Shown here: piece by piece, positions 1 through 10,618 of the stretch | Layout: every line of letters begins with the position of its first letter | How positions within the stretch are numbered: the stretch's first letter is position 1 | DNA from: Lysobacterales bacterium | GTDB lineage: Bacteria > Pseudomonadota > Gammaproteobacteria > Xanthomonadales > SZUA-5 | Direction of reading: 5' to 3' | Assembly: GCA_022844165.1 (NCBI GenBank) | Contig: JALHMH010000014.1 | Span: forward strand, 51,125-115,124 | DNA length: 64,000 bases | Translations under genes and position numbers: made by a program | Notes under the pieces: generated by a model | Databases searched by the model: none | Told to the model about the DNA's origin: nothing | Seen by the model: only the letters and a program-made list of their open reading frames with translations

Positions 1-61
1 GTTCGGGAGAGTACGCCGCCTGTCCCGCGAGTATCGGTAGCGACAGTTCGATACCTGCCAT
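1..61 (-). CDS. 5' end of a gene running off the window (MAGIELSLPILAGQAAYSPE...), weakly reminiscent of the PurL N-terminus
   Basis: ATG at 61-59 with an open frame to the window edge, divergent from pspF; only 20 codons visible. Confidence 0.3.
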   Translation of the reverse strand, partial: MAGIELSLPILAGQAAYSPE

Positions 62-129
62 CGGTCGTGGTCGTAGCGATCGGATGGGGCGTTTAGAATC
101 TCTTCCATCGTTTCCAAGAGAAGGTTGAC

Positions 130-1158
130 ATGCCGGGCAGTGATCCGAACGATCTGTCGCTGTTGGGCGCGGCGCCGAGTTTCGCTGCTGTGCTCGACCA
201 TGTTTCGCGCGCAGCGCCGCTGGATCGACCGGTGTTGGTGATCGGTGAACGCGGTACTGGCAAGGAGTTGATTGCAGCGCGCCTGCACTATCTGAGCAAG
301 CGGTGGGATCGGCCGTTGGTGAAGCTGAACTGCGCCGCGTTGGCCGAAACGCTGCTGGAGACTGAGCTTTTTGGCCACGAGGCTGGCTCATTCACCGGCG
401 CCACACGGCGGCATCTGGGGCGCTTCGAGATGGCCAACGAGGGCACGCTTTTCCTGGATGAGCTGGCGACTGCATCGTTACGTATCCAGGAGAAGATCCT
501 GCGGGTCATCGAATACGGCGAATTCGAGCGTGTCGGCGGACGCGAGACGATTCGCTCGAACGTGCGACTCATTGCCGCCACGAATCTGGACTTGCCGGCC
601 GAAGCGGCGGCCGGGCGCTTCCGTGAGGATTTGCTCGATCGCCTTGCGTTCGATGTCATCACGCTGCCACCGCTGCGCGCGCGCAGCGACGACATCTTGC
701 CGCTCGCCGAACACTTCGCGACAAAAATGAGCCAGGAGTTGCGGCGCGACTTGTTCGCTGGATTTACACCCGATGCGCGGCAGCGCTTGTTGAGTCACCC
801 GTGGCCGGGAAACGTACGTGAGTTGCGCAATGTCATCGAGCGTGCCGTGTATCGGCACGACGATCTCGATGAGCCGATCGACGAGATTCAGTTCAATCCT
901 TTCGATTCGCCCTGGCGGCCTCAAAACAAGATAGCAATCCAAAACCTGCCGTCCTCGAACTCAGTCAGCGCTACGCCGATCTTACCGATGGACTTTCGCA
1001 GCGCGGTCGAAGAGACGGAGATCGCCTGGTTGCAGGCGGCGATGCAGCACGCAAAATTCAATCAGCGCAAAGCGGCAGAGTTGTTGGCATTGACTTACCA
1101 CCAGTTGCGCGGTTACTTGCGCAAGTACCGGCTCGTTGGTGGCGAAGACGACGATTGA
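130..1158 (+). CDS. pspF: Phage shock protein operon activator PspF (sigma54 enhancer-binding protein with no N-terminal regulatory domain)
   Basis: Walker A GERGTGKE, ELFGHEAGSFTGA loop, LFLDE, WPGNVREL, C-terminal HTH AAELLALTYHQLRGYLRKY typical of PspF. Confidence 0.85.
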   Translation: MPGSDPNDLSLLGAAPSFAAVLDHVSRAAPLDRPVLVIGERGTGKELIAARLHYLSKRWDRPLVKLNCAALAETLLETELFGHEAGSFTGATRRHLGRFEMANEGTLFLDELATASLRIQEKILRVIEYGEFERVGGRETIRSNVRLIAATNLDLPAEAAAGRFREDLLDRLAFDVITLPPLRARSDDILPLAEHFATKMSQELRRDLFAGFTPDARQRLLSHPWPGNVRELRNVIERAVYRHDDLDEPIDEIQFNPFDSPWRPQNKIAIQNLPSSNSVSATPILPMDFRSAVEETEIAWLQAAMQHAKFNQRKAAELLALTYHQLRGYLRKYRLVGGEDDD

Positions 1159-1182
1159 GCGCCCGATCACGGCTGGCAATCT

Positions 1183-1446
1183 TCAGTCGGCTGACACAAA
1201 CCCCTGCGGTTTTGCCGAACCTTCGCCGAAGAAGTACTTCTCCAGCTCATGGGCGAGGAATTGCCTTGCTTTTGGATCGAGCGGCGACAGTCGGTTCTCA
1301 TTGATCAGCATGGTCTGGTGGGCGAGCCACTCAGACCACGCCTTGCGGCCGACCGACGCAAGAATGCGCTGTCCCAGCTCCCCAGGGATCGGCGCGCGAG
1401 TCAGTGCTTCTTGATCGGCGCCGTAACGGACGCAATGGATGTTCAT
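1183..1446 (-). CDS. yggX: Fe(II)-trafficking / oxidative damage protection protein
   Basis: 87 aa: IHCV...P.PGELGQRI...V.RKAW..WL.HQTMLINENRLSP, the YggX signature; start moved to ATG 1446. Confidence 0.9.
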   Translation of the reverse strand: MNIHCVRYGADQEALTRAPIPGELGQRILASVGRKAWSEWLAHQTMLINENRLSPLDPKARQFLAHELEKYFFGEGSAKPQGFVSAD

Positions 1447-1463
1447 TCTTCTTGATCCCTCAT

Positions 1464-4370
1464 TCAGGCGCTCAGGCGAAGGAAGTCGGCGCTGACCGCA
1501 AGTCGTATCGCATCGAGACGTACGCGCGCGCCGGGAATAGCCGCTCTCAGTGCGGAGAGGGTTTGGGCAAAAGCGTCGATTTCGCTGTCGCGGATGCCCG
1601 GATTGACGCGCTTGAGAGCTCTGAGGCGTTCGAACTCTGCGCCAAGTTCGGTCTCTAGCCGTTCGCTGGCATTGGCGATCAGCGCCTGAGCCCGCGTACT
1701 GGCGATTTCTTCGGCGGCTTTTTTCATCGGTGGCACTAACGCGGTCAATATCGGCCGAAAGCGCGCCAAATCGACGGGTTTGTCGTCGCTGCGCGAAATG
1801 ACCTGGGGCAAGGCGGTGTAATCGCGCGGCGCAAGTTTCGAATCGACGCTCACGGTGATGGGCGTCGGTGGCAGGTAACGTTCGACGTCGAGCCTGCGAT
1901 CGGCAACACATTCGAGCAAGAACACCCCCGTGATCCAGGCAGAGCGTGCCGGCAAGGTCGGATCGACAAGAAAAGCCGCATTGCCGGTCTCGCCGCTGAT
2001 CAGCAATTCCAATGCACCCGCGACCATCGGCTGATCGAGGCGCAACAGCGGCAGATCTTCGCGAGAGAGCGCAGTGTTACGATCGAATGTTGCCGTGATC
2101 GGTCCATCCGCCGGCCACGGGAATTCCTCGCTGGACAAGTACTCAGGATCAAGGCGATGCGTGCGTTGGCCGATATCGTCGGTTTCGATGCCGAATTGTT
2201 CAAACAGCTTCAGCACAAAATCGTCGCAGGTCTGATCGGCGTCGGTTGATCCCAGCGCCGCCCGAAGCGAGGCACCTCGATCGCCAAAACGTGTTGCCAG
2301 TTCCAGTAAACGGTCGCGGCCACCGGCGATGGCGCGACTGAGCGATTGATGCGCTTCTCGCGTGTCTTCGATTAACTGATCGAGTTGCGCCTTCGTTGAA
2401 TCACCATCGGCATGGGCGCCCGCCAGATCGATCAGCCTTGGACCAAACCGCTTGTACAACTCGCGGCCATCGGCCGGGCTGGTTCGCAGCGCGTCGAGCG
2501 CCTCAACATACCAACGAGCAAGCACCTGCTGCGCCGTGCCCGGCAACACCGCATGGTGAATCGCAACATCCGTCGTTTGACCAATCCGATCGAGTCGGCC
2601 GATGCGCTGTTCAAGTACGTCAGGGTCGGCAGGTAAATCCCATAGCACCAGATGATGGGCGAACTGAAAGTTGCGTCCTTCAGATCCAATCTCCGACGCG
2701 AGCAATACGCGCGCACCATCTTCCTGGCTGAAGTACGCTGCGTTTCGGTCGCGTTGCGCCAAGGTCAGCCCTTCATGGAACCGAGCTACACGCGCGCCAC
2801 TCTTGAGCCGCAGCGCAGCCTCGAGCAGTTCGACTTTGGCCCGGGTACGGCAAATCAGCAAGATCTTCGCGGGTGCCAGCGAGTCGATCAGTGCCACCAG
2901 CCAAAGGAGGCGCGGGTCGCGCGTGAGCGCCAATACGGCCGGATGCACGGTCTCGGCCACTTCGTCGCTGTTGGTTGGCGAACTTGACAGCGGCACGGGA
3001 GCCGGGCGCAACCCAACATCGCTCTCGAATTCAGTGCGAAGTTCTGCCAAATATTTGTCTTGATCTTCGTGCGGCAGGTGCAGTGTCTCGATCATCGGCA
3101 CGCGTTTTGGAAAGCCGCCGACGCTGATGCGCCGATTGCGATACATCACCCGCCCGGTACCGTGGCGATCGATGAGCGCTGCGAGCAATTTCTGACGGGT
3201 CGCTGTGTCGGGCTCGGCAACGATGGCCCTCGCTAATTCTGGCTCATCGCCAAGGGTCTTGCGCAAACTCGTGACCGTCTTGCCTGGAAGCGATGCCGCA
3301 TCCAGCAATGCTTCAGCCAGATCGGAGATGCGCGCAAAGCTCTGCGATTCCTGTTCAAAACTCGCCAGGTCGTTGTACCGGGCAGGATCCAATAGGCGCA
3401 AGCGCGCGAAGTGACCGCTGCGGCCCAATTGTTCCGGTGTTGCCGTGAGCAAAACTACGCTGGAGGCTTTGAAAGCGAGTTGTTCGACAAGCGCGTATTC
3501 AGGACTGATGTCATCCGACGACCACGCCAGATGGTGCGCCTCATCGACGATCAGCAGATCCCAATCGACATCGACCAGCTGCTGTGCACGTTTGCGGTTT
3601 TTGGTGAGAAAACCCAGATCCGTCAGCACCAGTTGATCGTCCTCAAACGGGTTGCGCTCGGCGCCGGCCTGATCGATCGAGTCGGCACGCTCGGCATCGT
3701 AGATCGCAAACTTCAGATTGAAGCGGCGCAAAAGTTCGACAAACCACTGATAGACCAGCGCTTCTGGCACCAGAACCAACGCACGCTGAGCGCGGCCGGT
3801 GGCGACCATGCGCGCAAGAATCAGACCTGCTTCTATGGTCTTTCCAAGGCCCACTTCGTCGGCCAACAGCACACGCGGTTGTGGTTGAGACAACGCTGCT
3901 TCGACTACCGCCAACTGGTGCTGCAGTAGCGAAATCCGCGCGCCGGCGATACCAAAGGCAGCACTGGAGCGCGCTGCGGCGCGACGACTGAGCGCTTCAA
4001 CGCGTAGCGCAAATCGCGCATTGGTGTCGACCCGGCCGGCCGTCAGGCGCTCATCGGCTGCGCTGGCAGCTTGCACGTCGTCCAACTGCGGTTCGGCGTA
4101 CCAGGCATCGCCGCAGGCGTAATACATCAAACCTTCGCGCTCCTCGGCCGCTGTGACATCGAGCATTTTGCCCTCGATGCTGATCTGGTCGCCAACCCGG
4201 AACTCCGCGCGCGAGAGCGGCGCGCTCGTCAAGGCGTAACGGCGCAACATGCCGGCTTTGGTGAACAGCAGTTCCAGTGAGCGTGCGTCGACTTTTTTGA
4301 TCGTCCCCAGGCCCAGTTCGGGCTCGGCAGTGGAATACCAGCGTTGGCCGGCGACAAGTTTGAAGGCCAT
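1464..4370 (-). CDS. rapA: RNA polymerase-associated SNF2-family ATPase RapA
   Basis: GQRW.S.AEPELGLG N-terminus, LLADEVGLGKTIEAG, DEAHH, SEIGSEGRNFQFA, LEQRIGRLDRIGQ; start moved to MAFKLV. Confidence 0.93.
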   Translation of the reverse strand: MAFKLVAGQRWYSTAEPELGLGTIKKVDARSLELLFTKAGMLRRYALTSAPLSRAEFRVGDQISIEGKMLDVTAAEEREGLMYYACGDAWYAEPQLDDVQAASAADERLTAGRVDTNARFALRVEALSRRAAARSSAAFGIAGARISLLQHQLAVVEAALSQPQPRVLLADEVGLGKTIEAGLILARMVATGRAQRALVLVPEALVYQWFVELLRRFNLKFAIYDAERADSIDQAGAERNPFEDDQLVLTDLGFLTKNRKRAQQLVDVDWDLLIVDEAHHLAWSSDDISPEYALVEQLAFKASSVVLLTATPEQLGRSGHFARLRLLDPARYNDLASFEQESQSFARISDLAEALLDAASLPGKTVTSLRKTLGDEPELARAIVAEPDTATRQKLLAALIDRHGTGRVMYRNRRISVGGFPKRVPMIETLHLPHEDQDKYLAELRTEFESDVGLRPAPVPLSSSPTNSDEVAETVHPAVLALTRDPRLLWLVALIDSLAPAKILLICRTRAKVELLEAALRLKSGARVARFHEGLTLAQRDRNAAYFSQEDGARVLLASEIGSEGRNFQFAHHLVLWDLPADPDVLEQRIGRLDRIGQTTDVAIHHAVLPGTAQQVLARWYVEALDALRTSPADGRELYKRFGPRLIDLAGAHADGDSTKAQLDQLIEDTREAHQSLSRAIAGGRDRLLELATRFGDRGASLRAALGSTDADQTCDDFVLKLFEQFGIETDDIGQRTHRLDPEYLSSEEFPWPADGPITATFDRNTALSREDLPLLRLDQPMVAGALELLISGETGNAAFLVDPTLPARSAWITGVFLLECVADRRLDVERYLPPTPITVSVDSKLAPRDYTALPQVISRSDDKPVDLARFRPILTALVPPMKKAAEEIASTRAQALIANASERLETELGAEFERLRALKRVNPGIRDSEIDAFAQTLSALRAAIPGARVRLDAIRLAVSADFLRLSA

Positions 4371-4499
4371 TTTGGCGATCCGAAGAAGAGGGGGAGGATT
4401 ATGCGGCTGGTTGGTACAGATTGTTGCTCCGCCAGGCGCCAGGCAAACCGCGTTGGACCGGCGTGCATGGTCCAGCCTCCCTGCGCTCATCGAGCTGCA

Positions 4500-4955
4500 T
4501 CAGTCGCGACCGCGGCGCGCGCGAAAGAACGTGCGCAGCTTCTCGCTGGCGATGTCGGCCAAAACGCCGACCTCTACTTCGACCCGATGATTGTGGCGTG
4601 GATCAAGTAGTCCGTTAAAGACGCTATGCACTGCGCCGGTTTTAGGATCCGAAGCAGCGTAAACCAAGCGCCGGACACGCGCGTGGATCATCGCGCCGGT
4701 GCACATAAGGCATGGCTCCAATGTGCAATAGAGCGTGGCGTTAACCAACCGATGATTGCCAATCGCTCTACCGGCAGCGCGCATGGCGACAACCTCTGCA
4801 TGAGCGCTCGGATCGTTATCGACGATGTTGCGATTGAATCCGCTGGCGACGAGTTCATCGCCTACAACAACCATTGCCGCGACCGGCACTTCGCCATGGC
4901 GTTCGGCTTCATCGGCAAGCGCCAGACAGCGCTGCATCCACTCGGTATCGGTCAT
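4500..4955 (-). CDS. tadA: tRNA adenosine(34) deaminase
   Basis: GEVPV, DPSAHAE, TLEPCLMC, DPKTGA, FFRARR motifs. Confidence 0.92.
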   Translation of the reverse strand: MTDTEWMQRCLALADEAERHGEVPVAAMVVVGDELVASGFNRNIVDNDPSAHAEVVAMRAAGRAIGNHRLVNATLYCTLEPCLMCTGAMIHARVRRLVYAASDPKTGAVHSVFNGLLDPRHNHRVEVEVGVLADIASEKLRTFFRARRGRD

Positions 4956-5019
4956 CTGCGTATGTTGCGTCGCAAGGCTGCGGTTGGGCTCGAGCAGTGG
5001 CTGCTCATCAAGTGCGCAC

Positions 5020-8000
5020 TCAGGCCGGCTCATAGTCGAGCACGGGTGCCAGCCAACGTTCGGCTTCACGCAACGGTACTCCTTTGCGGCGCGCATAGTC
5101 TTCAACTTGATCTTGCTTGATGCGGCCGACCACGAAGTATTGGCTTTGCGGGTGCGCAAAGTACAAGCCACTCACGGCAGCCGCCGGGTACATGGCATAA
5201 CTCTCGGTCAACTCGATGCCGGTGTGCTTCTCTGCCTGGAGCAAGTCGAAAATCACGCGCTTTTCGGTGTGATCTGGACACGCTGGATAACCGGGCGCCG
5301 GCCGGATGCCGCGGTAGGTTTCGTCGATCAGAGCGCCATTGTCCAGTGATTCGTCGGCCGCATACCCCCAGAACTCTCGACGCACTCGTTCGTGCAAGCG
5401 CTCGGCGAAGGCCTCAGCGAGACGGTCGGCGAGTGCCTTCAGGAGGATTGCATTGTAGTCGTCGTGTGCGGCTTCGAAAGCCGCAACATGTTGTTCGATA
5501 CCGATGCCTGCCGTCACTGCGAATGCGCCCACAAAGTCGCGCACGCCGCTGTTCGCCGGAGCGATGAAATCGGCGAGGCTGAAGTTCGGGCGGCCCGGCG
5601 GTTTATCGGCCTGTTGGCGCAGGCAGCTCAAAGTTGCGCGCAGATGACCGTGATCGTCGAGCACTTCGATATCGTCGCCAATGCGTTGCGCCGGCCATAG
5701 GCCGATCACACCGCGCGCGGTCAACCAGCGCTCGGCGACGATTCGATCGAGCATACGATCGGCATCGGCTTTAAGCTTGCGTGCCTCGGCGCCTACGACA
5801 GCATCGTCGAGAATAGCCGGATAGCGGCCGGCGAGTTCCCAAGTGGCGAAAAACGGCGTCCAGTCGATGTAGCGCCGAAGTTCCGACAGATCGTAGCTGT
5901 CGAACGACATGAGGCCGGTGAACGAGGGCGGGCATGGTGTGTATTCGCGCCAGTTGCCATCAAAGGCATTGCTTCGAGCTTGCTGAAGCGACACCAGGCG
6001 CTTGCCTGGGCCACGATCTTTGTGCCGTTCGCGAACCTCTGCATATTCGGCTTTGATGCCGGCGACGAAGCGGTCACGCTCACCCACGCTGACAAGGTTC
6101 TGGGCTACGCCCACGGCGCGCGACGCATCCTTCACCCAGATCACGGGCGCGCTATAGTGAGGTTCGATTCTTAGCGCGGTATGCGCGCGCGACGTCGTGG
6201 CGCCTCCGATCAGTAATGGTTGCGTATTGCCCAGGCGTTGCATCTCTTTTGCCACATGGTGCATTTCATCCAGCGACGGTGTGATCAGACCCGACAGTCC
6301 GATGATGTCGGCGCCGACCGCCCTGGCGGTTTCCAGAATCTTCGCCGCTGGCACCATGACGCCCAGGTCGATCACCTCGAAGTTGTTGCACGCAAGCACG
6401 ACGCCCACGATATTCTTGCCGATGTCATGCACATCGCCCTTGACTGTGGCAAGCAGAATTTTGCCGTTGTTCTTGGCGACGTCGCCGGACCGGCGTTTCT
6501 CCTCTTCGATATACGGAATCAAGTAGGCGACCGCTTTTTTCATCACACGCGCGCTCTTGACGACCTGCGGCAAGAACATCTTACCGGCGCCGAACAGATC
6601 GCCAACGGCGTTCATGCCTGACATCAATGGCCCTTCGATGACTTCGAGCGGCTTGGCAACGCGCTGGCGAGCCTGTTCGGCATCGATTTCGACGAACTCG
6701 TCGATGCCATGCACCAGCGCGTGCTCCAGGCGTTTACTCACATCCCACGCGCGCCACTCGACGTTTTCACGAGCGCCGTTCGTGGCACCCTTGGCGCCAC
6801 TATATTTTGGCGCCAGCGCGATCAGTCGTTCGGTAGCATCGGCGCGGCGATTGAGCACCACGTCCTCAACGTGCTCGCGAAGCTCGTTCGGCAGATCATC
6901 GTAAATCGCCAATGCCCCCGCGTTGACGATCCCCATGTCCATGCCAGCGCGAATCGCGTGGTACAAGAATACCGAGTGGATCGCTTCGCGCACCGGATTG
7001 TTGCCACGAAAGGCGAAGGATACGTTCGATACGCCGCCGGACACATGGACCAGGGGCATCTCCGCTTTGATCTGGCGCACCGCTTCGATAAATGCGACAG
7101 CATAGTTGTTGTGCTCGTCAATTCCGGTTGCGATCGCCAGGATGTTGGGATCAAAGATGATGTCTTCGGGAGGGAACCCGGCACGATCGGTCAGCAGTTT
7201 GTAAGAGCGCCGAACGATTTCCAGCTTGCGCTCAACGGTATCGGCCTGACCGATTTCGTCGAAGGCCATCACAACGACCGCTGCGCCGTACTCGCGAATT
7301 TTGTGCGCATGCTCCAGGAATGCTGTCTCGCCTTCCTTGAGGCTGATCGAATTGACGATCGCCTTTCCTTGCGTGCATTTGAGCCCGGCTTCGATGACGC
7401 TCCATTTGGAACTGTCGATCATCAACGGCACACGCGCGATGTCGGGTTCCGCAGCAATCAAATTCACATAGCGCGCCATCGCCGCTTCAGAATCGAGCAG
7501 GCCTTCGTCCATGTTGATGTCGATGATCTGCGCGCCGTTCTGCACTTGCTGTCGCGCAACCTCAACCGCTTCATCGAATCGGTCGTCTTTGATCAGTTTC
7601 TTAAACTGCGCCGAACCGGTGACGTTGGTGCGTTCGCCGACGTTGACGAAGTTTAACTCCGGCGTGATGACCAGCGGCTCCAGGCCGGACAGCCTCGTAT
7701 GCGGCGTGAGTGTTGGTACTTGGCGAGGCGGCAGTTTCGCCACCGCCTCGGCGATTGCCCGGATATGGTCAGGGGTGGTGCCGCAGCAACCGCCGACGAT
7801 ATTCAGAAGGCCCGATCCAGCGAACTCAGAAAGGGTTGCCGCCATTTCCTCGGGTGTTTCATCGTATTCGCCGAATGCATTCGGCAGGCCCGCATTCGGG
7901 TGCGTGCTGATCAGCGCGTCGGTCGTGCGCGACAGATCCTCAATGTATGGCCGCAATTCGCTGGCGCCGAGCGCACAGTTGAGGCCTACGCTGAAGGGCA

Positions 8001-8742
8001 GGGCGTGGCGAATCGAATAGGCAAAAGCCTCTGCTGTCTGACCCGACAATGTACGCCCGGAGCGATCGGTAATCGTGCCGGAGATCATCACCGGTAAACG
8101 CCAGCCACGGCGGGCAAACACCTCGTCGATCGCGAACAGTGCCGCTTTCGCATTGAGCGTGTCGAAAATGGTCTCAACCATGATGACCTGTGCGCCACCA
8201 TCGATCAGTCCCTCAGTCGCTTCGCGATATGCGCTCTTCAGCTCGTCGAAACTGATGGCACGAAAACCTGGGTTGTTGACGTCCGGCGATATCGAAGCCG
8301 TGCGATTGGTCGGTCCGAGTACGCCAACACAGTAACGCGGCTTGTCTGGGGTGTCGTCGGATTTTCTGTCGCACAATTGCCGGACCAATTTGGCCGCTGC
8401 AACATTGATGTCGTAAGTTGCCGACTCCAGCGCGTAGTCCGCCTGGCTGATACGTGTGGCATTAAAGCTATTGGTCTCGATCAGGTCCGCACCGGCATCC
8501 AGATAGGCTTGATGCGCCGCGGCAACGATGTTCGGTTGCGTGAGTACCAGCAGATCGTTATTGCCCTTCAGGTCGTGACCGTGGTGTTTGAAGCGATCGC
8601 CCCGATATCCCGATTCGTCGAGTTGATAGCGCTGCAACAGCGTCCCCATGCCGCCATCGAGAATCAGGATGCGGCGCTGTGCATCGTCGATCAGGCGCTG
8701 GCTTTGAGCGGGATGGCGAAACGGCAATAAGAGCATCGGCAC
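5020..8742 (-). CDS. metH: Cobalamin-dependent methionine synthase
   Basis: [25 protein letters not shown]12 motif [22 protein letters not shown]. Confidence 0.97.
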   Translation of the reverse strand: MPMLLLPFRHPAQSQRLIDDAQRRILILDGGMGTLLQRYQLDESGYRGDRFKHHGHDLKGNNDLLVLTQPNIVAAAHQAYLDAGADLIETNSFNATRISQADYALESATYDINVAAAKLVRQLCDRKSDDTPDKPRYCVGVLGPTNRTASISPDVNNPGFRAISFDELKSAYREATEGLIDGGAQVIMVETIFDTLNAKAALFAIDEVFARRGWRLPVMISGTITDRSGRTLSGQTAEAFAYSIRHALPFSVGLNCALGASELRPYIEDLSRTTDALISTHPNAGLPNAFGEYDETPEEMAATLSEFAGSGLLNIVGGCCGTTPDHIRAIAEAVAKLPPRQVPTLTPHTRLSGLEPLVITPELNFVNVGERTNVTGSAQFKKLIKDDRFDEAVEVARQQVQNGAQIIDINMDEGLLDSEAAMARYVNLIAAEPDIARVPLMIDSSKWSVIEAGLKCTQGKAIVNSISLKEGETAFLEHAHKIREYGAAVVVMAFDEIGQADTVERKLEIVRRSYKLLTDRAGFPPEDIIFDPNILAIATGIDEHNNYAVAFIEAVRQIKAEMPLVHVSGGVSNVSFAFRGNNPVREAIHSVFLYHAIRAGMDMGIVNAGALAIYDDLPNELREHVEDVVLNRRADATERLIALAPKYSGAKGATNGARENVEWRAWDVSKRLEHALVHGIDEFVEIDAEQARQRVAKPLEVIEGPLMSGMNAVGDLFGAGKMFLPQVVKSARVMKKAVAYLIPYIEEEKRRSGDVAKNNGKILLATVKGDVHDIGKNIVGVVLACNNFEVIDLGVMVPAAKILETARAVGADIIGLSGLITPSLDEMHHVAKEMQRLGNTQPLLIGGATTSRAHTALRIEPHYSAPVIWVKDASRAVGVAQNLVSVGERDRFVAGIKAEYAEVRERHKDRGPGKRLVSLQQARSNAFDGNWREYTPCPPSFTGLMSFDSYDLSELRRYIDWTPFFATWELAGRYPAILDDAVVGAEARKLKADADRMLDRIVAERWLTARGVIGLWPAQRIGDDIEVLDDHGHLRATLSCLRQQADKPPGRPNFSLADFIAPANSGVRDFVGAFAVTAGIGIEQHVAAFEAAHDDYNAILLKALADRLAEAFAERLHERVRREFWGYAADESLDNGALIDETYRGIRPAPGYPACPDHTEKRVIFDLLQAEKHTGIELTESYAMYPAAAVSGLYFAHPQSQYFVVGRIKQDQVEDYARRKGVPLREAERWLAPVLDYEPA

Positions 8743-8746
8743 GAAT

Positions 8747-8762
8747 AGCCGTCTTTACGGCT
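8747..8762. promoter_or_regulatory. Palindromic operator candidate, tandem Met-box-like
   Basis: AGCCGT-CTTT-ACGGCT just upstream of metH; the two 8-mers match AGACGTCT at 7/8 and 5/8. Confidence 0.5.
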
Positions 8763-8838
8763 GTAGTAATAAAGTGCGGGGAGCATAGCCGGATTTGTGT
8801 CGAGTACGTGCATGGTCGTAGCGCTCGCGGATCGAGTG

Positions 8839-9264
8839 TTAGTCCGGCGCGTCGATGCCACGGCTGACTCGAAACACGTGTCCGTCTGGATGCCGCAGGT
8901 GCATTTCACGCACGCCCCACTCCATATCCGTCGGTGGCCAGACGATGTCCAGACCCGCCTCAGTGCACGCTGCATAGACGGCGTCGACGTCGTCCACCCA
9001 AACCGACATCCACACGCCCTTGTCGGCGGCATCGTCGCCATCGGCACCAAAGGTGCTCGCGACACCACTGTTGCCGCGGCCACCCTGGCCATCAAGGCAC
9101 AAGAAGATCTCGACATTTCCTGCGTACACGCTGCCAAAGCTCGGTGGTTCGCCCCAGCAGAAGCCACGTGCCCAGCCCCATTTCCCGAACCATACGAAAC
9201 TGGTCCCAAGGTCCGAAACGTTCAGGATTGGAGTCGTTCGATGGACGACGATCTTACTGCTCAC
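8839..9264 (-). CDS. VOC / glyoxalase / bleomycin-resistance family protein
   Basis: TPILNVSD...WF..WG, VDDVDAVY, PPTDMEWGVREMHLRHPDGH; GTG start after a GAGGAA RBS. Confidence 0.85.
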   Translation of the reverse strand: MSSKIVVHRTTPILNVSDLGTSFVWFGKWGWARGFCWGEPPSFGSVYAGNVEIFLCLDGQGGRGNSGVASTFGADGDDAADKGVWMSVWVDDVDAVYAACTEAGLDIVWPPTDMEWGVREMHLRHPDGHVFRVSRGIDAPD

Positions 9265-9357
9265 AGGCTTGTGTTCCTCATCGATACTGGCGTCGGGATT
9301 ATGGCTGCAAGGGTTGAAGCGGTGCGCCGCGCAGGTCTCGCGGTGCACAGCGAGACC

Positions 9358-9948
9358 TCAGGGGTGCTGGCCGCGCCGGCGCATCCATCCGGCGATGCTG
9401 TAGCGATCAACCTGGGTCGGCAACACCTCGTGCTCAAGTTCGGCGCTCAGAAAGAGGATCAGGCGACCAGCAAGCGGTTCGATATCGATCGGATCGGCAT
9501 TGGCCGGGAAAATTCGCAGTTCGCCGCCGTCGCCTTTCTTCCAGCACGGGTTCAAGTAAAGCACCGACGAGATGATCCGCGCGTCGTCGTCGCGGAAACG
9601 ATCCAGGTGGCGGTCATAGCCGCCACCAGGCGGGTAGTGCGAAAAATGCGCTTCGAGTTCTGCGATACCCAAAAACCACTGCCGATTCAGCTCCGTGCGG
9701 ATGCCCTGCATACGTTGGAAATAGGAGCGCACACTGGGTGTTGGATCGTCCGGCTCCAGCCACAAGATCTGATCAGACCGAACACGTCGGGCCAGCTGGG
9801 CGCCGGCGCCGCGACCGACGCCGGCCGCCCGCAGTTCGTTACGCCGACCCGCTTCCAACGCACATTCGTGCAACGCGGCGATCGTCGACGCATCGAGAGC
9901 GCCGTCAAGAACGACGTGCTGATGCGCTTCAAGGTCCGTAAACCACAT
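9358..9948 (-). CDS. 2OG-Fe(II) oxygenase (prolyl-hydroxylase / SM-20-like)
   Basis: RSDQILW, HLD, GGELRI, HEVLP, RYSIAGW. Confidence 0.88.
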   Translation of the reverse strand: MWFTDLEAHQHVVLDGALDASTIAALHECALEAGRRNELRAAGVGRGAGAQLARRVRSDQILWLEPDDPTPSVRSYFQRMQGIRTELNRQWFLGIAELEAHFSHYPPGGGYDRHLDRFRDDDARIISSVLYLNPCWKKGDGGELRIFPANADPIDIEPLAGRLILFLSAELEHEVLPTQVDRYSIAGWMRRRGQHP

Positions 9949-10520
9949 CAGGAATGTGGCTCGCCGAGCAGGTTGAACTGCAAGAAGTACAAGCCAGCGT
10001 AGACTTTGGGGTCGATCGCGAATCCGGCGTGCATCTTTTCCAGCACGAATGCAGCAATCTCTGAACGCGGAACCTCGTGCACGGTGATGTTTTCCGTGCT
10101 GTCGCCGCCGCCCGCGTGTACACGTCGCAGGTCGCTCGCGCGCACGAAGTGCATGATTTCGGTGGTCATGCCGGCACTGCTTGGCCCGGCCATGATGCTC
10201 TCAACACTTCGCGCTTCCCAGCCGGTTTCTTCCAGTAACTCGCGTCTGGCGCTATCGGACCACGACTCATCCGACGAGTCGACCAGATCGCCGACCAACC
10301 CGGCGGGAAACTCCAGAGTGCGAGCCTGAATCGGAATGCGATACTGCTCGACCATCAGGACCTTGTCTTCGGGCGTCAGCGCAATGATCACAACGGCACC
10401 TGCAGGATTGGTTCGCGCGGCGTATTCCCAACCGCCGCGGTGGTGCAGAGCAACGAAGCGGCCACGGTAAAGCGTTTCTTCCGCGGCAGCGTCTCGGGAA
10501 CTAATGGGCTGAACAGTCAT
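9948..10520 (-). CDS. NUDIX hydrolase (ADP-ribose pyrophosphatase-like)
   Basis: EQYRIP, EFPAGLVG...ARRELLEETG Nudix box. Confidence 0.9.
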   Translation of the reverse strand: MTVQPISSRDAAAEETLYRGRFVALHHRGGWEYAARTNPAGAVVIIALTPEDKVLMVEQYRIPIQARTLEFPAGLVGDLVDSSDESWSDSARRELLEETGWEARSVESIMAGPSSAGMTTEIMHFVRASDLRRVHAGGGDSTENITVHEVPRSEIAAFVLEKMHAGFAIDPKVYAGLYFLQFNLLGEPHS

Positions 10521-10618
10521 CGTAGGCGGGCTGCCATTTGTTGCGTTGGATCGCGATAATGCCTGCTACCAAGGACGCTGTGGTTTTGGCGCCGATCACT
10601 TCTTCGATAAATTTGCCC

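Noticed and set aside
1447-1911. Long N-terminal extensions in the ORF track (yggX, tadA, glycosylase, response regulator, AmpE-like, rmuC and others)
   Set aside because: They overlap neighbouring genes or lack homology-like sequence; downstream starts with an RBS or stop/start coupling fit better.
8743-8838. Cobalamin or SAM riboswitch upstream of metH
   Set aside because: The intergenic region is under 100 nt and has no recognisable riboswitch consensus.
8797-10002. 401-aa + strand ORF, and similar long antisense ORFs (6709-7656, 40709-42328, 47317-48417, 49303-50673, 58188-59474)
   Set aside because: All lie opposite well-supported genes and show no recognisable domains.
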